64,000 bases of DNA from contig JAQGDQ010000030.1 in assembly GCA_030141605.1 (NCBI GenBank), positions 479,171 to 543,170 on the forward strand, written 5' to 3'. Shown here in pieces: positions 1 to 10,029 of the stretch; positions within the stretch are counted from its first letter, which is position 1; every line of letters starts with the position of its first letter. A program made the translations under genes and the position numbers. This stretch comes from Tubiluchus corallicola (lineage: Eukaryota; Animalia; Priapulida). The notes below the pieces were generated by a model. It made no database searches. It saw only the letters and a program-made list of their open reading frames with translations, and had not been told where the DNA came from.

Positions 1-3000
1 CCATCAAGACTGGAAATTGCCAACATGCCAATTGACGTTACTACCCCAGCAAATGTTCCTGCTTTGGGTCTAACTAACCTTAATGTTGGTGAAAATGTTA
101 CATTAATAGGAGGAGCAAGTAACAATCTTTTAACAAACAGTGTTTTAACAACTAGTATTTCAACGGCATACGTAGGAAATTATTTGAGTAATCCAGTTAA
201 CTTAAACTCTGGTGATGCCATCACTCACCGAGTATCACCGACTAATGCGTTCTTGGCATCTGTGCCTCAGCAACTAGCTGTTCCTACTCAGAATTTTATT
301 GCTGTTCAACCCCATTTGTCACAACCCATGAATCTCATTCAGACCACAAGCACAGCAACTGTTGCTAGCCACTATATTCCAGAAACTGTTATGACAATGG
401 CGCCTCAGATGATGGCTCCCACTTCTTCCTCTAGTGGATTTAAAACACCAATTAAGAATTATTCAAAGGTTAGCAAAGAAAGTCTGGGCACAGCTCAGCC
501 ATTACTACAAGAGAATCTTGGTATTTATACAGTTGCGCCTCAAATGTTGCAGAATGTTTGTATAGTAACAAATGCACCTTCATTGTTGTCAAGTAGCTTA
601 ACATCAGCTTTGCCACATAGTGGTTTGGTTTCAGTGGCAACTGTAACACCAGTGCAGAACATTCGCAGTGAAACTATGCAAACACAACACTCTAGGCTCC
701 ATAAATTATCAGCAAATGTACCTACATTGGTGCAACAAGATACACATCCTGCTTCTGCTGCACCACCCCAAGAGGAAGCTGTGTGCTTGCTGTCCCCTGT
801 TGCACGACAAACTAAGTACACACAGCGACAGCAGCAAGCAAGTAATCTGCAGCCCAGCCAAAAATCTCCCTCCTTTCCCTCTTTAACCATATGTGGTGAA
901 AAACCACCAAGTGCTGCTTCAATTACTGGAGTCATCGATGGTCAAGCCGCGCCAATGGTCACCATAGATGTTAAAGTTGGACACAGCAGACGTCCAGATG
1001 GTTATTTTCCAGTAAAAGTGATAGTTTGTTCAAAGAAACAAATGGCTGTTGGAGATAATTCACATAATCAACCCGTCACTTCAAATAGCAAAACTACATG
1101 TGTAAGTGCTGGCAAACCATTAGAGACACCACCCCAGATAGAGCAGTCTGTCACAGAAGCTTTTATGCATCTTGACGAAGGTCCAGTTAGCATTGATACT
1201 CTGGCAAAAACAGCGGCTTCCCCTGAAGTTAATCTTGAAGATGCCGATTTGATAGACATAACAGAAAAACTGTGCAATAGTAACATTTGCTTTGATAAAG
1301 CTCGTTTTAGTGCATTTGACTTTGATGATGCAAGTCGAGATTTCAAGAAACTTCACCTGGATAGTGAGGATGATAACTTAAGCAAAGTAATTAGTGACAT
1401 TTTATTTGAGTTGATAGATTCTGTTTCGTTAAAAGAATTGCAACAAGAACAGAATATGCACATCACAAATGAATATAACAAAGATGGCAAACCAGTGAAT
1501 AACAATTTAATTGCAATGTCTAATGAGCCGGCAAAACTACCTGATAACAAAGTAAAGAATGTGCATGATCACTTAATCAGTATTACCGCATCACAAAAAG
1601 TTGATGTGGAGGAAGAGAACTGTGTGTTTGATACACTTAATGAACTGCTAGGCACTGTTGAGAGAGTTTTGTGCCTGCCAGAAACCTTAGTTAGTGTTCC
1701 GGTATCTAAATCAGAGGAAATGGACAATTCGCTGCATTTTGCTTGTGAACCAGACACTATGATTATGAAGGATGTTTCGTCTTTGGCAACTCAGAGTGCT
1801 ACAGCCATTGACATACAAACTAGGAATGGTGAAATCACAGGTGAGACTCGTACAGGTACTGAAAATGCAAAGCTTGGATTTCCTCGAATTCACACTTACG
1901 AGGAAAGGCAAGAATGTACACTACTGGTGAAAGAACCTTCTGATGTTTCATACATTAACTGGTATGACGTTCTTGAAAAGCTGCACACTGTAAAAGGTAC
2001 TAGTAGTACATACACATCCGAACAATCAACTGCTACCCTTAGCAGTGCATCTCATGATGTAGTACCAACGACAATCAAATCAGCATTGAGAACTAATATT
2101 GTAAAGTCCTTGGAGACACTACCTAGTGCAGTGGTGACCAATTTACCTATCACCACTGATTCGACTGTAGAAAAGCCAATTGGGTTGTCGAGTTTGGATA
2201 AAAAAGCAGTTAATGCATCTAGTTTAAAATCTGTTAATCTGAATGGGCAGCAGTCTTGTTTAGTTTCTATACCCAATAATTATGATGTAAGAGCTCAAAC
2301 TGACACCAGCAGCACTCATGTAAGTGACACACCAGTTGCTAAAAAAACTGGTAGTCACTTATTAAATTCTGAAATGCTTTACCTGAAATCTGGCACCAAC
2401 AAGTATGTTCCATTGAGTATGGGTCAACTTAGAAAATTGGGTATTGTTTCATCTGCAGTTGGACAGCCAAATGTGCTGCAAGGTCAGCAAATTCGACCTC
2501 CAGCTTTGACAGCAGCTACTGGAAATTTGTCTCATGCGACACCCTCATTGGTTCAGCCTGCAGTAATGGCTGCAGAGCAGGCAAAAGTTCCTCGTCAGTT
2601 TTTTTTGCCAAGAATCATTCAGCAAAGTCCTGTCCCAGTTGAAGATATTATAACTAGCAGAAAGATGGGTCGAGGCGGACAACGTCGCAAGCAGCAACAC
2701 AGTGTTTTGAAGAAGAATGATGATGTAGTGCCGCACCTTTATACTTATACAGTTGCCCCATTCAGAATGGCTGATGGGACAATTAAATACAAAGTGGTAA
2801 CTGCTCAGGCATTGAAAAAAGGTTATTTGAAAAAACAGAAACAGCAAGTAAAGGGCCATCCGTCTACCAGTGTTGGTATTGAGACTATAGAATTATCTGA
2901 TGATGATGAAACAAAGAATAAGAAAAATGTGGGCATCAAACTATTAACGCCTGCAGTAATGAACAAGTTGATAAAGAAAACTGGTCACGATTCTGCGTCC

Positions 3001-6000
3001 ACTTTATCTGTGTCAACACAATGTACTACAGTTTCTACAACTGGTGTGTGCTGTTCATCATATAATAAGATTGTATCCACTTCTTACATGCCAGCTACAG
3101 CAACTAGGTATGCTACGCCCATCACGCCCACAGCAACTTGGTCAAAAATTACATCTAACGTGACAACATGTACATCGAGTTTGTCGCCAATTACAGTTTC
3201 AACGATACCACTGCAAACAATTGCCAGCAAAGATTTAATAGCACCATCACAGACTTTATTAGACAACACTGGAGCTTCTCTATTGACTTTAGCAAGCTCT
3301 GTTGATACCATAGCTAGCATTACGAAATCTAAAAGTTTTGAGAAAATAGCTGCAACATGCACAGTTCCACAGAACATGCAGATACAGCAGAACATTGACC
3401 AGCAAATTTCTGAGGAGCAAGATGAGGACATTGATATAAATGAAACACTAGAAGAAACTTGGCAAAGAATAACAAAATCTTGTGCTAAAAGATCACCATC
3501 AGACCCTATCATTCCTTGGACAAGTTTATCAGCTACAAATGAATCTGTAGTTGGTAGTGCTGATTCTATTTCTGCAAATCCAAAGTCGAGAGCTCGAACT
3601 AAGCAGAGAAAGGCATTTCTCAGTTCTCGGAAGAGAAACACCAGTATGGCTAAACGGCATGAGAGAAATGCAGGTCATAGACATACAAAGAAAACCGCGA
3701 ACAAGTTGTTAAATGAAAAGGCAAAGCATGCCAAATCGAAATTCTTGAAAAAGGATATTCACAAACGACTTGTTGGCAAACAAAAAAGCCCCAACCAAGG
3801 TACTTCAGCACATCAGGATAAACAGCAAAATAGATTGGCCTGCCAGAAAAATGCTAAAGCTGTTGCAGTTAATGATGGGAGGACAGTTAACAAAAAGAGT
3901 GAAAGCAAAAATGCATTAACACTTTCAGAAAATGACAATATGCCATCAAATCAGATACATAATCAAAATCTGAAAGCAGGCAAAGCACTCGACATCGTTT
4001 CCAAGAATGCACCTGCTGCATTTTATGAAGGCGATGTGGATATAGAAAGTGTGGATTTCATGGAAAATATCAAGCAGGATTCAGATGCTATGATGGAAGC
4101 AGTTCACACTGACTCTGAAAAAAATACTTGGAGTGCAACTATGAGTTCAAGTGTGTTTCGAGATAGTTGTGATATTTCTGCAAAAGTTAGCTTGCAAGAT
4201 ACCTTTGGGCAAAGACAGAGGATAAATGCTATTTTTGCAGGTGACTTAATTGCCAACACCCAGAAACAAAGACGAGTCCCCACAAAAGCTGAATTGAAGG
4301 CATACAGCGATGTTGTGCAGAAAGATATATCTCCAGAACTGAATAAAGAATTTTTGTCAGGAAGGCGATCAGTTAGAATATTAGCACACCAGCTTGAAGC
4401 TGATGACGTAATTTCATCAGATGCAAGAAAAGAACCAGAAAAAGCAAATAAAGTTTTGTCTAGACATTTGCCTTTGGAAAACCAAAACGAAGCTAAAAGC
4501 CACAAAGTCTCTGAAAAAAGTTTTGACCAATTAAAAGATGAAGAAAAAATGTTAGAAGCTGACAGAGGTGCTGGTATTCAGAAGTCACAAAAGATCAGAG
4601 CAAATAAGGTGGCATCTGAAAACTCAAGTCATTATGACATTAAATTTGATGAACATCTGTTTGAGAGAAGATATTCTGTTCGATATTTAGCAAAAGCACT
4701 CTGTGAACAGGAGGTCTCTGTTGATGATCAACTGAAAGACTCATTAGCACCAAATGAAGCAACAGTTTCTGAACGAAAAAATAATGCTGAAAAAATTATA
4801 AGAAAAAGTGTTGAAACAAAGGGGGTAAAAACAAAGAAAGACTTTAAAAAAATTAGTAGAGGAGCAGAACTTACTTACCAACATGCCAATGACAAAAAAG
4901 TAAAAGTGGCTAGAAAAGAAAAGAAGGTGAAACATGATCCTGGAATGACTACACATAGTAGAAATTTACGGAGCCTAGGGAACAGTAATGAGAAAGCAGG
5001 AGAAAAAGTGATGACTTCACTGGAATTGGAAGCTTGCGGAGCAGCTCTGGAGAATACAGACACTATGGAAGAATTGCCAAACAACAGGGTAGATTATGCA
5101 TGTGCTAGTGACCTGGCAGGACTGGCATTGGCAAGTAAGAAAGAATTCACCAGTAAAGAATGTCAACATTTATTTGGTCTGTCTAAACCATTTTTGGATG
5201 AAAAAACTTGTGTACCTACCAGTTCACCTGAAAAATTGAAAAAGGAAACGAATGAAGATGTATCTGATGATGTGAATATGAATCCGGACAAACTGCTTGA
5301 TACTAATGCTAATAGAGGTAGTACTTCTACTTGCGGAGACATTGCCATTAGGCATGATGGTAAAGAGAAAGAAGTTGAATCACAATGGCTTCAGCATGCA
5401 GAAGTTGGATCATCTACGCCAAATTATGATTTCACTGGTGACACAGAACAAAATAAACGTGCTGAATCAGCTATTTCGTCTTGGGGTGATTTTTCTAAAG
5501 AAAACAGTAGAATGGAAGAAGGTGTGGCAGTTGTCACCTCAACTGCCATTGAAGTTGGAAATTCAGACTTTGGTTATGAAATGTCTGATAGTGAAGCTTC
5601 AACTCTGCCATTTAGTTCTGATGGACAAATGGAGACAGAGGTGAAGAACAGAGACTCACCTGTATCAGGATCAAGGGAAAGCAGTACTAACAAAGCACTT
5701 GCCTGGACTTTCAGTTCTGGCGAGACTGGAGAATCAATAAAGAAATCTTCAGTTGAAGAAAATAGAATTGGTAATAATGGCTCAGAAGGTAAGGTTCTTT
5801 TAAAGAAACAGGCTGACTCTGATTGGCAAAATTTAGAAAGTGAAGTTGATACTGTTACTGGCTATGTTTGTTCAAAATCTGGAGTGGTGTTAGATAACAT
5901 TGATGTAGATATGTTTGCTGGAAAGACTGGCAAAGAACAAGAGAAGCCCAACCAACAGGAAGACACACTTAATTTGAACCATGCAGATGGAATGTGTTCA

Positions 6001-9000
6001 AAAACTAAAACTTGTAAAGGCGAGGAACACAATAATACAGGTGAATTTTATACAAGTGCCATACCAGATCATGCAGAGCTTTCAACTAATGAAAGAGAAT
6101 CAAAAGAGTCATCTCTGCATCTGAGTTACAAAAATTCTTATTTATCTCTAAGTGAAAAGGAAAACAAAGCTGTTGTTTCTTCTGTAACTAATGCAGAAGG
6201 AGAGTGCTGTAGTAAATCAGAGACACCTGGAGTAGGATATGAAAAAAATGGCGACAAAGTTGTTAGTGTAGATATTGAACAGCATAACAAAGAAGTTAGC
6301 AATTGGCATGGAGCAACAATGATTGAACAAAATGGTGATATAACTGAATCTTCTTCAAGACAGGAAGGAGTTCTTACCATTAATGTTAAAATGTCTGACA
6401 AACAAGACAGTCACTTGTTGATTAGACAAGAACTAGCTGCAGTCAAAAGTGGTGTTACACTGCCTGATAGAGAACATCTTGTTTCAGAAGTGACAACACT
6501 GATTGAACATAGAAATATGGCTGGAAATATGGAAGCAGTTTCATTTGAACAAAAAGAAGCTGATATATTACCAATGATAGGTCCTAGTACTGGGGAAAAA
6601 GAAGGCAGTGTACAAGAAAGTAACACCACAGATAAAACAGATAACTTTCCAGAGATGGTAAAAGAGGAAGGTGCTATTACAAATGAGAAATTGACATCTA
6701 GTGAACTAGCTAAGAAGTCAGTGTTTAATTTCTCAAAAGGAGAGCAGATTACGAAAGTAAAGAATACAAAGCGGTTAATATGTAGTGATGTTATATTTGA
6801 TTTTGGACAGCCTGATGTTACATATGCTGATTATGGTGAAACTGTTGGATCAGAAGACTTCATGCTAGATTTTACAAAGAGTAATCGACCAAAATCTACT
6901 GGCAGTTGGCGTCAATCTTGGGATGTTTATCACCAATTTCTCAGAGGTTGCACGCACTCTATAAAACCACCCCAGATGATCTTTTCAATAACTAGTTCTC
7001 TTGAAGACTTAAGTAACTCTAAAAATTTGGTTTCGCCACTTGTGACTCATGGAAAGAAAAACCAGCAGAATATTAGATCTGCAGATCAGGCACATGTTAA
7101 AAAACGGAAGAGTAGCAGGATGGCTAAAGACAAAAAGATATGTGATAATAACTTTGGTTCAGGGATTGAAGAAGCTTACAGCATACCTAACAGAATAGAG
7201 AAATTGCCAACTGTTAGAGGTATTCCACAAAGGAAAAAATGTGGTAAACCTCCTAAAATTCAAGAAATAAATGACAACAACTCTAGATCAAAGATTACAG
7301 ATGCAGCTGACATATCCCCTGGAATAACAAAATTGCAAACAGGTAAAGTTACAGATTGGCCACAAGTGCAAAAAAGAAAACGTGGTAGACCTGCCAAAAA
7401 TAAAAAAATACGTGCTATTGACACCTCTCTGAAGACCAATAAAAATGTGTCTACTAGCGAGAAAGAATCGTATACTGTTACAGGTAATGATTTAATTGCA
7501 AGCCTTGGACAAGCGAATGATGTACCATCTAGGATGAAAAAAGCACAAGAAGCGAGTACAAAAGATAATGGTGAAATAACTAGTAATATTTTTCTTAGAG
7601 CGGAAGAGATTCCAATTGGTAAGCCAACACGTAGCAGACTTGGTAAAAATAAACACTCAAGCACCTGTGATTCTTATGCAAAAACTGGAGAAATTAGTGA
7701 TATTTCTACTAAAGTGAAGTGCATTCTTAAAGGCAATGGCTCTAGTCAAATGACTGAACAAACAACATCTTCTAAACTTAAACAGTTACAAATTGTTAAA
7801 GATGTCAGTGTGTGTCCAATGGTTGAAAGAAGGAATAGTAAAATAGGTCAGCCGTTGATGCAGAAAAGAAGACGTGGTAGACCTGTAAAAAACAAAGAGT
7901 CGGTTCACGATGTTGAGTCAATTGCTGCAAAAATACGTGAGATATCTTCTCCTGTTAAAGGTAGTATTGACTTGAGTCAACGTGTTAATGAAGAAGTAAG
8001 TCATACGTTACAATTGCCCATTACCATAGAAAGAACATTTACTCTTAATGCTCCTGCATCAATTAGCCATGAAAAGTTACGTAACAAAACCATAGCTACC
8101 AAAATATCAAAAGCAAAACTGGTCAGATCTGCTAGTGAAGGAGCTATGTGTAACAGAAGTGCTCCTCTCTTGCACCAGACAAGACTCAGTAGATCAGCCA
8201 GCCAGAAAAAGCATAACGTGGGAATTATCTGCAAAGATTCACAACAAATTTTAGGTAGATCTTGCCATAAAAAGGACAATAACAGTGATGACTTGCTGCA
8301 AAAATTTAGATTTACTAGTTCACATCACCATCATGGTGTTAGTGACAAAGATCCTGTAAAGCCTATTGTCAGTAAACAGTCTAAAAGAAAGCTTTGCAGA
8401 TCTGCTATTGGAGAAGATGCCATTGCGTTAACTCAAGAGCAACATGATGATTTTGCTAGTCAGGAAAAAACATCTACTGATCTTAGTGTTGATAATAAAA
8501 ATGTCTATGTGCTTTCCGAGAAGAAATGTGATAGGTCTGCTAGTCAGACAATATTAGCATTTGAAGAGTTCACCAAGTTGGTTGCCATTCAGTCATCTGA
8601 TAGTCTGTTCAACACTCAAAACAAAGGGCAATCTTCCCAGGATGAATCTCATGGCAGGGGCATTACCCGTGTGTTTGAAAAGAGATGTGGTAGGTCTGCC
8701 ATGCAGAAGCAGATCTATTCTGTTACCGCTCAGCAAAATATCAAACTGTTGTCTGAATCAAGACCAAAGAGGTTTAAAAGTAATGATGAAGTATTGTGTG
8801 TTAGTAAGTCAACTATTGTTGGGGACATTAAGAATATGTCGGGTGTTAAGCAAGGCTCAAAAAGAAAACGTCGTAGACCTACTGAAAGTCATGATAATGT
8901 TAGTGATGATCGTGATGTGTCACAAAAAATATATGTCAATGCTGCAGGTCACGTGTCACTAGAAGCCAGTGTGGCTGCTTCACCATCCACAGCAAGCTTA

Positions 9001-9180
9001 ACATCAAACACTTCCTTCGGTAAAGAGACACTAGAAATCGGCAATGCTGCAGCCACATCAACTATGAAGTCGCAACTGAAGCTGAGAGGCACAAAGTTTG
9101 TAAAAAGAAATAACTCAGGCAAAAAAGCTGTCATTAAATCTGCTACCTCTTCAAAACATAAAACCACTTCTGCAAGGTAG
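1..9180 (+). CDS. Giant exon of a large low-complexity nuclear protein with C-terminal AT-hooks (5'-partial)
   Basis: 3051-aa ORF at 25..9180; the frame is also open at 1..24 (PSRLEIAN), so it likely starts upstream. S/T/K/E-rich with AT-hooks KRKRGRPAK (7372-7398) and KRRRGRPVK (7864-7890). The stop TAG overlaps a plausible donor AAG|GTAGAC (9176/9177). A possible short last exon runs from 9369 (tttttcag|AGTAGCCAATTATTAG, RVANY*). Confidence 0.85.
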   Translation, partial: PSRLEIANMPIDVTTPANVPALGLTNLNVGENVTLIGGASNNLLTNSVLTTSISTAYVGNYLSNPVNLNSGDAITHRVSPTNAFLASVPQQLAVPTQNFIAVQPHLSQPMNLIQTTSTATVASHYIPETVMTMAPQMMAPTSSSSGFKTPIKNYSKVSKESLGTAQPLLQENLGIYTVAPQMLQNVCIVTNAPSLLSSSLTSALPHSGLVSVATVTPVQNIRSETMQTQHSRLHKLSANVPTLVQQDTHPASAAPPQEEAVCLLSPVARQTKYTQRQQQASNLQPSQKSPSFPSLTICGEKPPSAASITGVIDGQAAPMVTIDVKVGHSRRPDGYFPVKVIVCSKKQMAVGDNSHNQPVTSNSKTTCVSAGKPLETPPQIEQSVTEAFMHLDEGPVSIDTLAKTAASPEVNLEDADLIDITEKLCNSNICFDKARFSAFDFDDASRDFKKLHLDSEDDNLSKVISDILFELIDSVSLKELQQEQNMHITNEYNKDGKPVNNNLIAMSNEPAKLPDNKVKNVHDHLISITASQKVDVEEENCVFDTLNELLGTVERVLCLPETLVSVPVSKSEEMDNSLHFACEPDTMIMKDVSSLATQSATAIDIQTRNGEITGETRTGTENAKLGFPRIHTYEERQECTLLVKEPSDVSYINWYDVLEKLHTVKGTSSTYTSEQSTATLSSASHDVVPTTIKSALRTNIVKSLETLPSAVVTNLPITTDSTVEKPIGLSSLDKKAVNASSLKSVNLNGQQSCLVSIPNNYDVRAQTDTSSTHVSDTPVAKKTGSHLLNSEMLYLKSGTNKYVPLSMGQLRKLGIVSSAVGQPNVLQGQQIRPPALTAATGNLSHATPSLVQPAVMAAEQAKVPRQFFLPRIIQQSPVPVEDIITSRKMGRGGQRRKQQHSVLKKNDDVVPHLYTYTVAPFRMADGTIKYKVVTAQALKKGYLKKQKQQVKGHPSTSVGIETIELSDDDETKNKKNVGIKLLTPAVMNKLIKKTGHDSASTLSVSTQCTTVSTTGVCCSSYNKIVSTSYMPATATRYATPITPTATWSKITSNVTTCTSSLSPITVSTIPLQTIASKDLIAPSQTLLDNTGASLLTLASSVDTIASITKSKSFEKIAATCTVPQNMQIQQNIDQQISEEQDEDIDINETLEETWQRITKSCAKRSPSDPIIPWTSLSATNESVVGSADSISANPKSRARTKQRKAFLSSRKRNTSMAKRHERNAGHRHTKKTANKLLNEKAKHAKSKFLKKDIHKRLVGKQKSPNQGTSAHQDKQQNRLACQKNAKAVAVNDGRTVNKKSESKNALTLSENDNMPSNQIHNQNLKAGKALDIVSKNAPAAFYEGDVDIESVDFMENIKQDSDAMMEAVHTDSEKNTWSATMSSSVFRDSCDISAKVSLQDTFGQRQRINAIFAGDLIANTQKQRRVPTKAELKAYSDVVQKDISPELNKEFLSGRRSVRILAHQLEADDVISSDARKEPEKANKVLSRHLPLENQNEAKSHKVSEKSFDQLKDEEKMLEADRGAGIQKSQKIRANKVASENSSHYDIKFDEHLFERRYSVRYLAKALCEQEVSVDDQLKDSLAPNEATVSERKNNAEKIIRKSVETKGVKTKKDFKKISRGAELTYQHANDKKVKVARKEKKVKHDPGMTTHSRNLRSLGNSNEKAGEKVMTSLELEACGAALENTDTMEELPNNRVDYACASDLAGLALASKKEFTSKECQHLFGLSKPFLDEKTCVPTSSPEKLKKETNEDVSDDVNMNPDKLLDTNANRGSTSTCGDIAIRHDGKEKEVESQWLQHAEVGSSTPNYDFTGDTEQNKRAESAISSWGDFSKENSRMEEGVAVVTSTAIEVGNSDFGYEMSDSEASTLPFSSDGQMETEVKNRDSPVSGSRESSTNKALAWTFSSGETGESIKKSSVEENRIGNNGSEGKVLLKKQADSDWQNLESEVDTVTGYVCSKSGVVLDNIDVDMFAGKTGKEQEKPNQQEDTLNLNHADGMCSKTKTCKGEEHNNTGEFYTSAIPDHAELSTNERESKESSLHLSYKNSYLSLSEKENKAVVSSVTNAEGECCSKSETPGVGYEKNGDKVVSVDIEQHNKEVSNWHGATMIEQNGDITESSSRQEGVLTINVKMSDKQDSHLLIRQELAAVKSGVTLPDREHLVSEVTTLIEHRNMAGNMEAVSFEQKEADILPMIGPSTGEKEGSVQESNTTDKTDNFPEMVKEEGAITNEKLTSSELAKKSVFNFSKGEQITKVKNTKRLICSDVIFDFGQPDVTYADYGETVGSEDFMLDFTKSNRPKSTGSWRQSWDVYHQFLRGCTHSIKPPQMIFSITSSLEDLSNSKNLVSPLVTHGKKNQQNIRSADQAHVKKRKSSRMAKDKKICDNNFGSGIEEAYSIPNRIEKLPTVRGIPQRKKCGKPPKIQEINDNNSRSKITDAADISPGITKLQTGKVTDWPQVQKRKRGRPAKNKKIRAIDTSLKTNKNVSTSEKESYTVTGNDLIASLGQANDVPSRMKKAQEASTKDNGEITSNIFLRAEEIPIGKPTRSRLGKNKHSSTCDSYAKTGEISDISTKVKCILKGNGSSQMTEQTTSSKLKQLQIVKDVSVCPMVERRNSKIGQPLMQKRRRGRPVKNKESVHDVESIAAKIREISSPVKGSIDLSQRVNEEVSHTLQLPITIERTFTLNAPASISHEKLRNKTIATKISKAKLVRSASEGAMCNRSAPLLHQTRLSRSASQKKHNVGIICKDSQQILGRSCHKKDNNSDDLLQKFRFTSSHHHHGVSDKDPVKPIVSKQSKRKLCRSAIGEDAIALTQEQHDDFASQEKTSTDLSVDNKNVYVLSEKKCDRSASQTILAFEEFTKLVAIQSSDSLFNTQNKGQSSQDESHGRGITRVFEKRCGRSAMQKQIYSVTAQQNIKLLSESRPKRFKSNDEVLCVSKSTIVGDIKNMSGVKQGSKRKRRRPTESHDNVSDDRDVSQKIYVNAAGHVSLEASVAASPSTASLTSNTSFGKETLEIGNAAATSTMKSQLKLRGTKFVKRNNSGKKAVIKSATSSKHKTTSAR

Positions 9181-9565
9181 ACAAGCTAAAAAAATTAATG
9201 TTTAAACTGTACATAGTATGTAAGTAATCGTGTTTTTAGTAACCACTGTCATTTTGCATTCTCAATTATTGTAAGTTACTAACGTTACAGTTGATACTTG
9301 TCTGTATCGTCTTTATTTTTTAAAATGTGTAAAAATACTGTATATATTGTCTGATAATTGTTTTTCAGAGTAGCCAATTATTAGAGAGTCTCTGTGACAG
9401 TTAATCTGACAAACCATGATTGTTATCATATTGGATAGGTCACTGCGTATAATGACAACTTAGGCCCAGTAAAATTTTTTGAATCCTCGCTCGGATAGAA
9501 TTCGCTTAGCATCTGTATAGTCGAATATAGTCTATACGCTTTAATTTATAAGGTACAAGCAATTA

Positions 9566-10029
9566 GGGGCCATTCTCATATAACGATATCAAGTTTTTGG
9601 TCGATTTCAAGGACTTACCTGCCTTGCATTACAAAGGCGTTATCATATACCCCACCTATCCCTTATGTTGATATTGATATCACACTGATGCGGCTTTTTG
9701 TACATTTTATTCTTCCTCCTCCCAAGGGCAGACAACAACATCGCTTGTGTTAATTAATGGGAAACCATCAGTGGATTCCATTGGCGTGGGTGATGGAGGC
9801 AGAGACAGCCCCAATTCACTGAACTCATTATCATCGATCCATTCTGCAAGTTACAACCAACTATAACCAGTCATTCCTTGTTCCACATTGCTGCCAGACA
9901 TACTGGACGAGTTGGTTGTTCAGTAAGTCAGATAATGATATCGCGAGTAAATCACCTATCTACCTTGTGTTAATAATGATGTGACCTCGTTCTCTGCCCT
10001 AGACTTGATATTGTTATGTGGATAGTCCT
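9566..10029. mobile_element. PIF/Harbinger-like MITE downstream of the giant exon
   Basis: Imperfect TIRs of about 29 bp: GGGGCCATTCTCATATAACGATATCAAGT and ACTTGATATTGTTATGTGGATAGTCCT; TTA/TA flanks; non-coding. Confidence 0.55.

Noticed and set aside
540-9167. Many short antisense or alternate-frame ORFs within the giant exon
   Set aside because: Shadows of a long coding frame; no independent signals.
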